Assembly: GCA_029856365.1 (NCBI GenBank)
Contig: JAHQWW010000003.1
Span: 32,001-96,000 of the forward strand
Length of the DNA: 64,000 nucleotides
From: Candidatus Hodarchaeota archaeon
GTDB taxonomy: Archaea > Asgardarchaeota > Heimdallarchaeia > Hodarchaeales > Hodarchaeaceae
Direction of reading: 5' to 3'
Shown: piece after piece, positions 1-10,600 of the stretch
Layout: the number at the start of each line of letters is the position of its first letter
How positions within the stretch are numbered: position 1 is the stretch's first letter
Program-made: the position numbers and the translations under genes
The notes under the pieces: generated by a model
What the model saw: the letters and a program-made list of their open reading frames with translations, nothing else
The model's database searches: none
Told to the model about the DNA's origin: nothing

Positions 1-1
1 A

Positions 2-481
2 CCTCAAGCATATTATTTTCTTGCTAATGCCATGTTAGATTGGGCAATAAACATCGGAACTAAACAAGTGATTTGTTTGGACGGATTTGTAGCAGATCCT
101 CGTGATGAAAAAACGAATAATGTATTTTTAGTGGCTGAACCTCAGGTCTATAAGGAAAATAAGGAATTAATGCAATTGGATTTTCCCAAACCCCACACTG
201 GTTTTATTTCTGGTCTCTCTGGTGCAATTATGAATGAGGCTCTTCTTACGCAAATTGAAGGCTTTTCACTCCTTGTACCTGTATCCACTCCATATCCCGA
301 CCCGGGAGGAGCTGCTAAACTGATTGATTCACTTAATCAAATAAAAGGTCTCAAGATCGACACTTCTAAGCTCCTTCAGGATGCTGAAAAAATTCAGAAA
401 TCTCTGATGGAATTAGCAGAACGAAATCGTCAGCTATCGCAAGGTGAAGGAATAGAACCTAGTAAAGGCCTTTATGTCTGA
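2..481 (+). CDS. PAC2-family proteasome assembly chaperone (5'-truncated by window edge)
   Basis: Frame is open from position 2. Motifs 'GFISGLSGAIMNEA', 'YPDPGGAAKLI' and 'IDTSKLLQDAEKI'; C-terminus ends in HbYX-like 'LYV'. Confidence 0.85.
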   Translation, partial: PQAYYFLANAMLDWAINIGTKQVICLDGFVADPRDEKTNNVFLVAEPQVYKENKELMQLDFPKPHTGFISGLSGAIMNEALLTQIEGFSLLVPVSTPYPDPGGAAKLIDSLNQIKGLKIDTSKLLQDAEKIQKSLMELAERNRQLSQGEGIEPSKGLYV

Positions 482-498
482 AAAGGATCACATTTGTT

Positions 499-1008
499 TC
501 AGCGATTACTCTGCCACTCAAGAAGACAATCCCAATTATTAAAATAGTTTTTCAGAGATTTTGCCACGGATTTTGAAAGCTTAGAATTTGATTGTTTGTT
601 CAAAATTTGTAGATCAGAGAATGGCAGAGTCACTATCCATTTGTCATTTTTAGTCTTCATTCGATGTTTTTTTGCTATCTGCAAAAAATTTTTCGATTCT
701 AAAATAAAATGATGTTTCTGAAAAGTCTCATCTTCTTCAGGTAAACGTATAGCGAGAATTATGAAACTCTCATTATCCATAAAAAACCCTATTTCAAGCT
801 CCCATATAATGTTGGAACCTTTTTTTAATCCTGTACACACTTTAATATCAGCATAGCGTACGAGACCCCCGTTTTCTGAACGAATGACCATATCTACTTT
901 ACCAGATCCAGCATATGGACTGAATGACTCTACACCCATCTGATATAATTTTAATTGGATATCTAACTCATCTATTCCATCCAGGCTAAATTCTTCATCT
1001 GGATTCAT
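499..1008 (-). CDS. hypothetical protein, possible degenerate PD-(D/E)xK fold
   Basis: 169-aa ORF; 'KVDMVIR...RYADIKVC' resembles the restriction-endonuclease-fold core. Confidence 0.45.
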   Translation of the reverse strand: MNPDEEFSLDGIDELDIQLKLYQMGVESFSPYAGSGKVDMVIRSENGGLVRYADIKVCTGLKKGSNIIWELEIGFFMDNESFIILAIRLPEEDETFQKHHFILESKNFLQIAKKHRMKTKNDKWIVTLPFSDLQILNKQSNSKLSKSVAKSLKNYFNNWDCLLEWQSNR

Positions 1009-1252
1009 TCACATAATGACCCCTAACTGTCCCTTCATATCAAATATTTTAAAATACGTTGCTAAAATATCTTCAATTCAATTTTCAAATACATGTAAAG
1101 CAAATACTTTTGCAAGATTTCTCATTGTTCTGTTTAATAAAAAGTTTTTGAAATTTATTTCAGAAGAGGTAAATATTTCTTGAAAGAAAAATAGTATTCA
1201 ATTCCACTAGAAAATCATTACTAGATAAAGCTCTAGGAAGAAAAATGATCTC

Positions 1253-2254
1253 TTAAGAAGGATTAGAAAACAAAGTTAGTCGTTCATGACACATTGGACA
1301 TTGATTGAATACTTTCAACCATTCCAACAAGTGATTACGATGAAAAGTATGTTGACAGATCGGACACGCAACACTATCATCATCAGACTCTATAGGATAT
1401 CGACAAATTACACAATACTTTTCAGATTGTTTAAATACATCCAAAGGGATGTCACTGATTGTCTCACCTTCATGGCAATCATCTACGGCTAAAATCAATT
1501 CACCGACCCTATTGAGCTCTAATCTCCCGATGATTTCTTCTTGAAACAATATGTGTTCAAGAATACGTTGAAGCAAATGATAATCTACAATTCGATCATG
1601 AACGTGTTTTTTGACTTTGAACATTAAGTAATCAGATTCAATCTCGTTTCGAGGTCGGGACATCTGGGTATTAATAGTATCGAGTATAATTTGCCTCATA
1701 TTTGATAAAAAAACAATATTCTCACGTTTCTTTTTGATTTCATTTAGAGATTGACCTACTAACTTGACAATATCCCTCAGTTCTCTTTGAATGTGCGAAG
1801 TGCTAATAGGAGGGGAGCCTACTGAAATTTCATTTGAAGTTACATTTAATATCTCCTCCATTTCAATGTAAAATTCATCTAATTGTTTTAGAATGGTTTT
1901 AGTGTTATTTAGGGTCTGGAGTGGTTCAATTAATTCAATTTGAGCTATTATTTGTTTCACATCAAAACGACGGGTGACCAAGTCATCTAGGTAACGCGAA
2001 ATCTCTATAAAAAAGGGTTGGCGTAATTTTTTATTCACAATATATGAAAAGAGAATACTTAGTAAGAATCCTGTGATGACAGTAAGCTTTTCAAGATTAG
2101 AAGATAATCCAATTGCACTTAGAACAGATGTTACCCCAATAAATATTACTATTAAGATGATAAAATTCCCAGTTGTTTTATTTCGTGATAACCTAGAGAG
2201 TTTTACAACATTGGTGGCCATTATTACACCAAACAACAGAAAATAACACTTCAA
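1253..2254 (-). CDS. membrane-anchored RING-finger protein (putative E3 ligase)
   Basis: Two N-terminal hydrophobic helices; C-terminal CVIC...CPICQHTFHRNHLLEWL...CPMC. Confidence 0.85.
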   Translation of the reverse strand: MKCYFLLFGVIMATNVVKLSRLSRNKTTGNFIILIVIFIGVTSVLSAIGLSSNLEKLTVITGFLLSILFSYIVNKKLRQPFFIEISRYLDDLVTRRFDVKQIIAQIELIEPLQTLNNTKTILKQLDEFYIEMEEILNVTSNEISVGSPPISTSHIQRELRDIVKLVGQSLNEIKKKRENIVFLSNMRQIILDTINTQMSRPRNEIESDYLMFKVKKHVHDRIVDYHLLQRILEHILFQEEIIGRLELNRVGELILAVDDCHEGETISDIPLDVFKQSEKYCVICRYPIESDDDSVACPICQHTFHRNHLLEWLKVFNQCPMCHERLTLFSNPS

Positions 2255-2324
2255 AACTTTCTGGATTTATTTTATACGAGGATTAATTAAAAACTAGCCT
2301 AGAAAAAGACTCCGCAAAACCTAC

Positions 2325-3290
2325 TCATTCCAGTAAAGCCTGTTCCTTTTTACTATCAGTAAAACACTCATAATAGTCTGATTGAACAATTGAATTTTCA
2401 TAATTTCGATCTATGATTGTATTTGGTAAAACGACACTACTCGTTAATTCTACCCCCTTTTTAACCACAGAGTTGTCTCCTATAATGGAGTTCTTTATGA
2501 CAGCTGATTCATCAATATGGACATTTTTTCCAATTATATTTTCATTAACTCTCCCTTTCTGAATCTTATGAAGAAATTTGAGGTTATAACGCCACAAATC
2601 ATGAGATGTACTGATATGAAAGACTCTCTTCGCAATTAGTCCGCCCACTCGCCCTCCATGACGAATGGTTTTGTTAATTGCTGTAGCTAGTTCATATTCA
2701 CCACGTTTGGTCTTTTCGATGCTTTTTATTATGTTGAAAATTGATTTTGAAAAAATATAAAGAGCTGCTGAATTTAGATCACTCAGTATTTCAGCTGGAG
2801 TTTGTGGTTTTTCTCGAACCTCTAAAACACGGCCATTTCGATAATCAACTGTGGAGGATTCTTTCATTAAGTCAAACTCCATTATTTCAAGAGAAAGAGT
2901 GATGTTATTTCTTTCTTTGATATGTGTTCTACATAATTCCTTTAAGAAAGAAGCTGAAAACAATGAATCCCCTGCTATTACCAGAAAATGTTTGGTTGTT
3001 AGATATTCTTCAACCTGTAAAACCGCATGTGCTGTCCCAAGTGCTTTTTCCTGAGCGATAAAAAGTGTATTGATGTCTGGAAAAGCCATATTAATAAATG
3101 AGGGGATAATCTTGTCATCTTTTTGGATAACAATTCCAATATTTTGAATATCAGCCTTTAAAAGTCGTTCTATTGAGTATTGTAAAATAGGTTTGTTTAA
3201 TAAAGGTAACATCGGTTTAGGAGTGTTGTATGAAAATGGATGCAGTCGTGACCCTACACCTGCAGCCAAAATAAACGCAGAAACAGTCAT
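2325..3290 (-). CDS. sugar-phosphate nucleotidyltransferase with C-terminal hexapeptide repeats
   Basis: 'ILAAGVGSRLHP...PKPMLP', 'LGTAHAV', 'REKP', 'RGEYEL'; left-handed beta-helix tail. Confidence 0.9.
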   Translation of the reverse strand: MTVSAFILAAGVGSRLHPFSYNTPKPMLPLLNKPILQYSIERLLKADIQNIGIVIQKDDKIIPSFINMAFPDINTLFIAQEKALGTAHAVLQVEEYLTTKHFLVIAGDSLFSASFLKELCRTHIKERNNITLSLEIMEFDLMKESSTVDYRNGRVLEVREKPQTPAEILSDLNSAALYIFSKSIFNIIKSIEKTKRGEYELATAINKTIRHGGRVGGLIAKRVFHISTSHDLWRYNLKFLHKIQKGRVNENIIGKNVHIDESAVIKNSIIGDNSVVKKGVELTSSVVLPNTIIDRNYENSIVQSDYYECFTDSKKEQALLE

Positions 3291-3392
3291 TTTTGTCAGA
3301 TCAATTAAATTAACCGTTATTTTTCAATTAATAAAGATTTATAAGTCATTTTGTTAGAATTGTCTCATAATTAATAATCGGGGATTAGTTGC

Positions 3393-4136
3393 ATGGTTCG
3401 TTTAAAAGCTGTTTACCTGATTAAAGAGGAAGGATTTGTAATATATCACCAATCATTTGGTGTAACAGAGCAGGATCAGGATATGGTAGCGTCTTTACTT
3501 ATGGCTTTGAGGAGTTTTGGAAAAGAAGCTTTAGGAGAGGGAGGATCTTTGTCCAAGGTAGACTTTGGAGAAGGGGCAGACATGATTTTAGAAGCGGGTA
3601 ACCGAATAGTTGCAATCGCGGTAGTAGTTCTCGATAAGGAACATAAAGAACGAGAGGAGTATGACATTCGTAAAGACTTATTGAAATTCGTTAGAAAAAT
3701 TGAGGAAAAATACTCAGAAGAGCTGAATGACCCCATTTTTCAAAAGAGTGCTTTTTCTGGAGTTGCAACCCAAATATATCAACATTTTTTCCGTGATAAA
3801 ATGTCTAGGATTCATCAAAACCAATTTGCAAGTATTAATGAGTACTTGAAATATCCCACAACCCTATTATTTGAAATCACTCCTCGGGGAGGTAAGCTCT
3901 ATCAATTTTATAGAGAATTTCCAAAATTCACTGAATTAATCGGAGATATCCAGAAAGAAGAATTTGATAAATTAATTGACAGTATGCAAGACAAGAATAG
4001 CATGGTTTCATTTAAAGATTGCCTTGATCTCTTTGGTGAACAGAAGATGGATCAGATTCTTGAAATATTCAAATTTTTGACAAATCGTGGAATGTTTGAA
4101 GCATATAATTTTGAACGAATAGCAATTGAGTCATAA
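3393..4136 (+). CDS. longin-like domain protein with C-terminal winged-helix-like region
   Basis: 'VYLIKEEGFVIYHQSF...DMVASLLMALRSFGKE...LSKVDFG' is the Asgard longin pattern; ends 'ILEIFKFLTNRGMF'. Confidence 0.7.
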   Translation: MVRLKAVYLIKEEGFVIYHQSFGVTEQDQDMVASLLMALRSFGKEALGEGGSLSKVDFGEGADMILEAGNRIVAIAVVVLDKEHKEREEYDIRKDLLKFVRKIEEKYSEELNDPIFQKSAFSGVATQIYQHFFRDKMSRIHQNQFASINEYLKYPTTLLFEITPRGGKLYQFYREFPKFTELIGDIQKEEFDKLIDSMQDKNSMVSFKDCLDLFGEQKMDQILEIFKFLTNRGMFEAYNFERIAIES

Positions 4137-4160
4137 TTAGTATTCATTCTAGAAATGAAC

Positions 4161-5015
4161 CTAGCATGTAACATCTTTCCCGCAATGAGGACATTTAATA
4201 GTTTTTTCCCTCTGGGTTCGTACAATAAATGCAGTCATCTTTCTCATTTCTTTTTGCATTGTATTGAGTTCAGTTATAATTCTCGTTTCAATACTGGTGT
4301 TAATTTGCTGATTCATCACCTCAGGAAGAGTAGAAATATTTTTAGTCAACTGTTCGGCTGCTAGTACTAATCTTTGAAGAGTTCCATCCTGTTTAGCCAA
4401 ACGTTCTGTCACAGATGTCTTTAATTCGTTGACGGATGACTCTAAGTAAATAGAGATACGATCACGCAGTGATGTCAATTCTACTTGGATTATTGCATTC
4501 ACTCGATCTCTAAGTTCAGCAACAGTGGTTAATTGATCAGTCTGATTCTCAATTAGGGCATTTAGATTACTTACAACGTTATCAAGTTTGTCTGAAATCA
4601 CTACGAAATTATTAATACTAGCTTCGAATCGGCCCTTGGTTTCTTCAGTAGATGAGTCTACCATTGTGGTGATATCATTGGATAACCTCCGCATACTCCC
4701 AACAACATCTTCCACGTAGCTAACTTTAATAAATTTCAGATCGTTCTTTGTTTCTTCAGCAGTTGTCACGAATGTCTTTTGAAAAGACCCAATGGATTCC
4801 TCAAGGTTAGAAATTACTGTAGGAAGGTTTTGGATTGAAACCTGTAAATCAGAACTGATTTTTGAAGTGTCAACTATTTGCTGGATCGTAATAAGCTTTT
4901 CATCAATACCATTTGTAAGTTGGAGGAGGTATTGTAATTCTGAGGGATCTTTAATGGTCTGTTTTAATTCCAATATCAGTTGCAATATCTCTTTAATGTC
5001 ATCTTCTAAGCCCAT
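4161..5015 (-). CDS. long coiled-coil protein with C-terminal zinc knuckle (CPHCG)
   Basis: Heptad-rich 284 aa; ends 'IKCPHCGKDVTC'; SD-like GAGG upstream. Confidence 0.7.
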   Translation of the reverse strand: MGLEDDIKEILQLILELKQTIKDPSELQYLLQLTNGIDEKLITIQQIVDTSKISSDLQVSIQNLPTVISNLEESIGSFQKTFVTTAEETKNDLKFIKVSYVEDVVGSMRRLSNDITTMVDSSTEETKGRFEASINNFVVISDKLDNVVSNLNALIENQTDQLTTVAELRDRVNAIIQVELTSLRDRISIYLESSVNELKTSVTERLAKQDGTLQRLVLAAEQLTKNISTLPEVMNQQINTSIETRIITELNTMQKEMRKMTAFIVRTQREKTIKCPHCGKDVTC

Positions 5016-5183
5016 ACTATTTCCTCACATCTTTTCACTATTGTTGAGTAATAAACTCAAAGATTCTAAAAGATTTTCGAAGCTTCAAGACTCCAGCAGT
5101 TAAAATTCTAATCTTTTATTAGGGTTAATTAAAGATGCCTAGTAAATGTCTTTGAATCTTATTACAATGTTCAGGGAAACAGG

Positions 5184-6269
5184 TTATTTCAAGCGTCTTA
5201 AAAACGTCACAAACTTGTCATTTTCTAACATTGTGTTATTTAATCGATTGATCATAATAATCGTTTCAGAGTAAATGAATTGCTTGAAATCATTCTCTGT
5301 GGCATTTTGTAAGTCTAGATAAATCTCTTTCACAACAGAAAATGAAATATTAGGTATTCTAGATTCTAGATCTCCTGTTCCGAGATTATAATTCTTTAAA
5401 ATACTGGAGGAGACACGAAGAGAGTCTTGCAGCTTTCGATTATCACCAGAGTACTCTGAAATACTCAGATAATAATTCTTTACAATATCTTGGACTTGTT
5501 CTTGTTCCAAAGATGTAAGACTTAATTCATCTTCACTAGGAAACAATCGACGGAGGTTTTGGAGTAAGCGTGCGGCGGGGGCTTCTCGTAAGAGCTTACC
5601 AATAAGATTCTTTAACTCAAAAGATGGAATCTGAATAATTTCACGTGGATTAGGGAGAGAAGATTCTGATTGAAGCTCGTAACGATGTAGCTCTTTACAT
5701 GCAGCAAAATAGTAATTAGGAAAACCCAAGTGAGACAAATTCGAATATGAGGAAAATAATTTGTCAATAGTCTCAACGATTCCCCATTTGTCCAGATATT
5801 CAGTATTTCGTAGAAATAGACCTATTTTTTCCTCTAGAGGCTTTGTTGTTTGAGGCATTCCTGAAGCTTCTGTTGGTGTTGAAATAGTAGAGTGTGCACC
5901 TAGTAATGAAGAAACTTCCAAATCGATTTTTTCTATTTTTTCTAGAATTTCCAAACCTGATTCCGGTTGTAAACGCATTTTAGAAAGAAATTCCTGGACC
6001 ATGGTTAATGTTTCAATTACATCATCATTTAGGCCATCCTCACTCCTTAAAGTTGTAACTAGTGTTGAAAGAAGCTTAATGAGTAAGAGATTCAAACCAA
6101 TGAGGAGATTGATCTTCTCCCCCATGTTACCTCGTGAAGTCCAAAAATTAAATGAGGGATACTTCTGTTTATCTTTATCAGGTGCCAAGTTCGATTGATT
6201 TCTAAGAAGTTCGTTAGAATCAGGTGAGTCTCGTGTAGATTCGAACCTTGGGTGATCATTTTCGTCCAA
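5184..6269 (-). CDS. hypothetical all-helical protein, 14 bp downstream of tubulin-family gene
   Basis: 361-aa ORF with tight spacing. Confidence 0.7.
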   Translation of the reverse strand: MDENDHPRFESTRDSPDSNELLRNQSNLAPDKDKQKYPSFNFWTSRGNMGEKINLLIGLNLLLIKLLSTLVTTLRSEDGLNDDVIETLTMVQEFLSKMRLQPESGLEILEKIEKIDLEVSSLLGAHSTISTPTEASGMPQTTKPLEEKIGLFLRNTEYLDKWGIVETIDKLFSSYSNLSHLGFPNYYFAACKELHRYELQSESSLPNPREIIQIPSFELKNLIGKLLREAPAARLLQNLRRLFPSEDELSLTSLEQEQVQDIVKNYYLSISEYSGDNRKLQDSLRVSSSILKNYNLGTGDLESRIPNISFSVVKEIYLDLQNATENDFKQFIYSETIIMINRLNNTMLENDKFVTFLRRLK

Positions 6270-6283
6270 CTTAATCCAGCACC

Positions 6284-7648
6284 TTATTCTGGTTTGATGT
6301 AGTAACCAAATAACTTCTCCAAATCATTAACCGCTGCATCTAATTCTTTCCTTGTTGTTCCTTTTGATCGTTTAAACCAATGTTGTTTCAATTCCGAGTC
6401 ACCACTATGAAGATTGATGAGTGCTTTGGCCTCCTCAAGAATATCATATAATTCTGGTATTTTTGGCAAACCAAATAATAGAAGGAGCGAGGCTCGTGTG
6501 GTATCATCATCATAGGCACAGTAAGTTGGAGAAATACTTGCACCCTTAGCTAAAAATGGTGTCAATGCCTTTTTCAAAAGTGGATCATACTCCACTCGTG
6601 CAATATTACGGGGACCACTGAGTACAGAGAAAACAGATGAAGCAGCAGGATTTGTTCCCATATTTGTCAAGCTACAGTTAGAAAGAGTGTATTCAACTGC
6701 AGTGGATAGTTGAGAGTCCATTCCTCCAATTTCTGGAAAAACGGATAAATCGTCAAACATTGCTGGTACAACAACGCTATCCAATTTCAATGCAAAGTCA
6801 CCAATATCGGTAGTAGGTAATACTTCCTTTCCGATTTCAGGTACTCCAGGAGACAACATTTCAGCAATCGATTCTAAAGCTAGAGGGTTGATTAGTTCAA
6901 CAAAAGCCTCTTCTATCTGAGCTGGATAAGCTGTTCCGTCTTGGCCGATAACAGTTGGAACACTGGAACTAACCTGCTCACTACTTAAATCAGCTAAATT
7001 CCTTCCGATTTGTCTACTCAATAAATCAACAGATTCCCCACGTTGCCAACTTAAAACCCGTTCAAGCATTGTTCTATTAGAAAGAAGAAGGATAAGATCT
7101 GGCCCCATGTTTCCTTCCTCTAGTTGGAGTCGCAATAATCTTGATAACGCCCAGACGCTATTAATCGCTTCAGAAGACTGGTTAACGAATGGTAAGACCC
7201 CAAAAACATAAATAAAAATTTTACGTTTCTCCTCTTCAGCAAAACGGTTTCTTAACAATCGTATTAAAGCAGGAGTTCCACCACATCCAGTACCTCCTCC
7301 AAAACTGGTAAAAATACAAAAACCACTGATTCCCTCGTAACCAAGCCCTTGTAACTGATTTAGTACAATATCCTGAGAATTCATAACTGCTTCATAACCC
7401 GCAGAAAATTTTCCACCTACTCCAATCTCTGCATCTGAATAAAGAAGTGTTCTCTTCTTGGAAATGGAATACTTCTTTCGTGCTTTTAACAAATCACCAC
7501 GATCAGTATTCATCACTAGATATTCTCTGATGCGCTGAGGTAACTCACCTTTTTTTGATTTGGCTAAATAACTACCTACTAAATTTGACCCACACTCACC
7601 AATACCGATTGCGAAGATTTCTGACTCTGTTCCTCCTTCAATTGACAT
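6284..7648 (-). CDS. tubulin/FtsZ superfamily GTPase (tubulin/CetZ-like)
   Basis: T1 'GIGECGSNL', 'NTD', signature 'GGGTGCG', 'VLPF', 'LLSN', T7-like 'TTDIGDF', C-terminal helices with HWF. Confidence 0.92.
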   Translation of the reverse strand: MSIEGGTESEIFAIGIGECGSNLVGSYLAKSKKGELPQRIREYLVMNTDRGDLLKARKKYSISKKRTLLYSDAEIGVGGKFSAGYEAVMNSQDIVLNQLQGLGYEGISGFCIFTSFGGGTGCGGTPALIRLLRNRFAEEEKRKIFIYVFGVLPFVNQSSEAINSVWALSRLLRLQLEEGNMGPDLILLLSNRTMLERVLSWQRGESVDLLSRQIGRNLADLSSEQVSSSVPTVIGQDGTAYPAQIEEAFVELINPLALESIAEMLSPGVPEIGKEVLPTTDIGDFALKLDSVVVPAMFDDLSVFPEIGGMDSQLSTAVEYTLSNCSLTNMGTNPAASSVFSVLSGPRNIARVEYDPLLKKALTPFLAKGASISPTYCAYDDDTTRASLLLLFGLPKIPELYDILEEAKALINLHSGDSELKQHWFKRSKGTTRKELDAAVNDLEKLFGYYIKPE

Positions 7649-7699
7649 TTCAACACGCTCTATTTGTATTATTTATCTATATATTCATTATTATATTGG

Positions 7700-10600
7700 C
7701 TATTTTTCCAGTTTAATACCAGATTTGATTTCAATAAGTAATTTCATTACTAGAGATAAGTACGATCGAATAACCTTATTATGAGGATATGTTTCTCTGA
7801 TTTTCTTAGATATTTCTTTATACTGTCGTGAGTTCTCCTCTCTGCTCTCCGTTGGGGTGTACCGAGGACGGAACATACGAATAGCATGATGCCAATGGTT
7901 CAATTGCACTGAAACCTTTTTCCATTCTTTTCTTTGTTCATCTATTAGTGGTATTAACTCCAGAATATATCTAAGATCATGAGAATCTAAGAATTCCTCA
8001 CGAGCTTTTACTAATTTAGATAAAGGAAAAATATTCTCAGACGCTTCCTCTGTATATCTCTTGAATACTTCCTGAATGTTAGAGTAATATTCTAAATTCC
8101 CCAACTCAATCTGTAGAGCAGCATTTCGATCTTTTTCAATTTTCTTCATGATTTCAATGACGGTCCCTCGTACTGAAACTAGTTCAAGTATTGCTTGTGT
8201 TAAGCGGCTAATGTGATTTGTTGTAGCAATTTCTTGAAATTGACTCAGATATGCAAGATCAACTCGTTCGTCTTGCCGTAAGTCAATTTGGTAATGATTA
8301 AATAAATATTCAACCGCATCTTGAATTTCAGTAATATAGCGTTTTCCCATGGATCTAATTTCACGACAAGCTTTTGTATCAGTTTGCAAGCGATCAATTT
8401 CAACAAAAACGTCAGTTATTTCCAGTAATTGGACATCTTCTTGATTTTTAACTATTACTTGGCTAAATGTTTCGATATATCCCCCGACATACTCGATAAT
8501 ATTGATCCCAACTTCTTTCAAATCATTAACATTTTTCAGAACCTTTCGTGATTCCTTTACACCATGTGCTAACAGAACAGCGACGATTTCTGTGTCATAC
8601 AAAAAAATTAGCTGCCGTAATTTGTGTGCTAACCGCTCATGGGACACTTCCTCGGCTTCAAAATCTGCAATTTTTTTCTCAGCACCAAAAACCCGATCAT
8701 CAAGCGGTGTTATTTCATTTATCCGTGGAAGACTGAGTCTTAGCCAATTGTAGAGATTTTGGTGAAGTGTAGCTAAGGAATCTTTCGCCATTTGCAAACT
8801 TTCCAAGCTATAACTTTCAAAAACGTTGACTAATCTGATAATATCCTTGTGAGTTTTAATCTCAGCCATTTTCTCGTTCATAAGTTTCAGGGTTTCTTCA
8901 AAAAAGATTGTATACTGGCTAGGAAGTTTAGAATAGTCCTGTATATGAGAGGATATTTCCCGTTCCATTTGTTCAGCCAATGTGGAAGCTTTTCGTTCAA
9001 CAAAAGCTCTTAATTGCCAAAATTCGGTTAAAGCTTCAGAATAATCAAGGTCATCAATTTCTCTATCAGTAGAATAGATTAAACTGCTTTTTCGAGATTT
9101 TAATAGCCTAAAAAGTCTTCTATCGACTCCCTCGAGATTTGTTATCTGCTTTTTTAATTCAATAAGAATTTCATTTTTATTTTCTTCAATCGTTTCAAGG
9201 AAAGAAATGTATTCTTTAATTACAGCCTCAATATTTCCTGATTCTGAATATTCATCAATTAAATCCACGATTTTACTGCGTTTTTCTCGTAGGTCAAATC
9301 GTGTCTCTATAGGAATTAATGGAAATGGAATCGACTTTAAATTCTCACGGATCCGTGAGGAAATCTTGTACTTCCAAACTGGAATCTTTTCATACTCATC
9401 TAAAAGCTCTTGGGTACTTTTTTGGGCAACAGCACTAGCCTCATCTCGGAATGATTTCAAATCGTCAACTGCAAGAATTGGAACATGAACCTTTAATTTA
9501 GGGGGAATTGTTTCTAGATTTATCAGTTGATTATAAATCGGATGTATTTCATTATCTATTTTATTCCAAAGTTCAGTTTTAATATTTGTATTAAGTCTAT
9601 GAAGTCTTTCGATTTCATGAACTAAGTCACGAATATCTATTTCTTCCACAATTTTATGTTTTCTTTGATATTCGATTTGATCTTTTAGGTCTTCAGATAG
9701 AATATCCCGTAAACTTTCACGTGAATCATAGAGATTCAACAAATTTTGTCTGAGACTTTGTTGAGCTGGTTTAGAAAAATAAGCAACCAGTCGAGTCTCC
9801 CAATCCTTTATTTCTCGAGCCTTACTACTTAATTCACTGGGTGATAAAGCCTCAAAATCGCGAATAATCGGTATTTGAGGCCCCTCACTTAAATTTATAA
9901 CTTCTTGGATGTGAGGATTTTCTAGTAATCTGAAGAAATAGTTTTGACACTCTTCAGCTAGAGCTGACTTCAATTCGTGATATCTTTTTGCGAGTTCTAC
10001 CCATTCCTGAAGGTCTCTTGTTTTCGCTGCCTCTTTTTCAATTGCTCGTATATCCTTAGTGAAATCAGATGGAACTGGTATCTTCATTGCACGAATAGCT
10101 TTAGAAGCGTTTATTAGTTCTGATGTACTGATCAGCTTCTTTGTAACAATAATTTGTTGTTGACGCCAAGAACGGATTTTCTCAATATCTTGGATTATAG
10201 TGGGTATATTTGTAGATGAAACATCTGTTTCTGGAACTGGTGAAAAAGAAGATTCCAGTCCTTCTCTTCCTGTAATCTGTATAATACGTCCGATTTGATC
10301 CTCAGTTTCTGTTTTTAATGAAATTTCATAAGTTCTTAGAGCATTTACGAATTCATTACTCAATGAATTCAATCTCTTTTCCAATGTGATGAGAGTTTCT
10401 ACTGAAGTTGTTTTTTCCGTACTGGCTTGAATATCTTGTATTTCCTCCTTCAGTACATCAATTTTTGCCCAAAGATCCAAACCAATTGAGGCTACTGTAT
10501 CGATATGTTGTTGTAACTCAGAAGACATTTGAATTATTGCCAGTTGGATTTTACCTTCTGTACCTTTTCTGCGCTGCTTTAAATATGCGTTTTCCGCTTC

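Noticed and set aside
1009-1125. In-frame upstream extension of the 499-1008 ORF through two TGA codons (Sec or TGA recoding?)
   Set aside because: Many genuine genes here end in TGA (e.g. cdc48, trpB2), there is no redox-motif context, and the extension resembles nothing.
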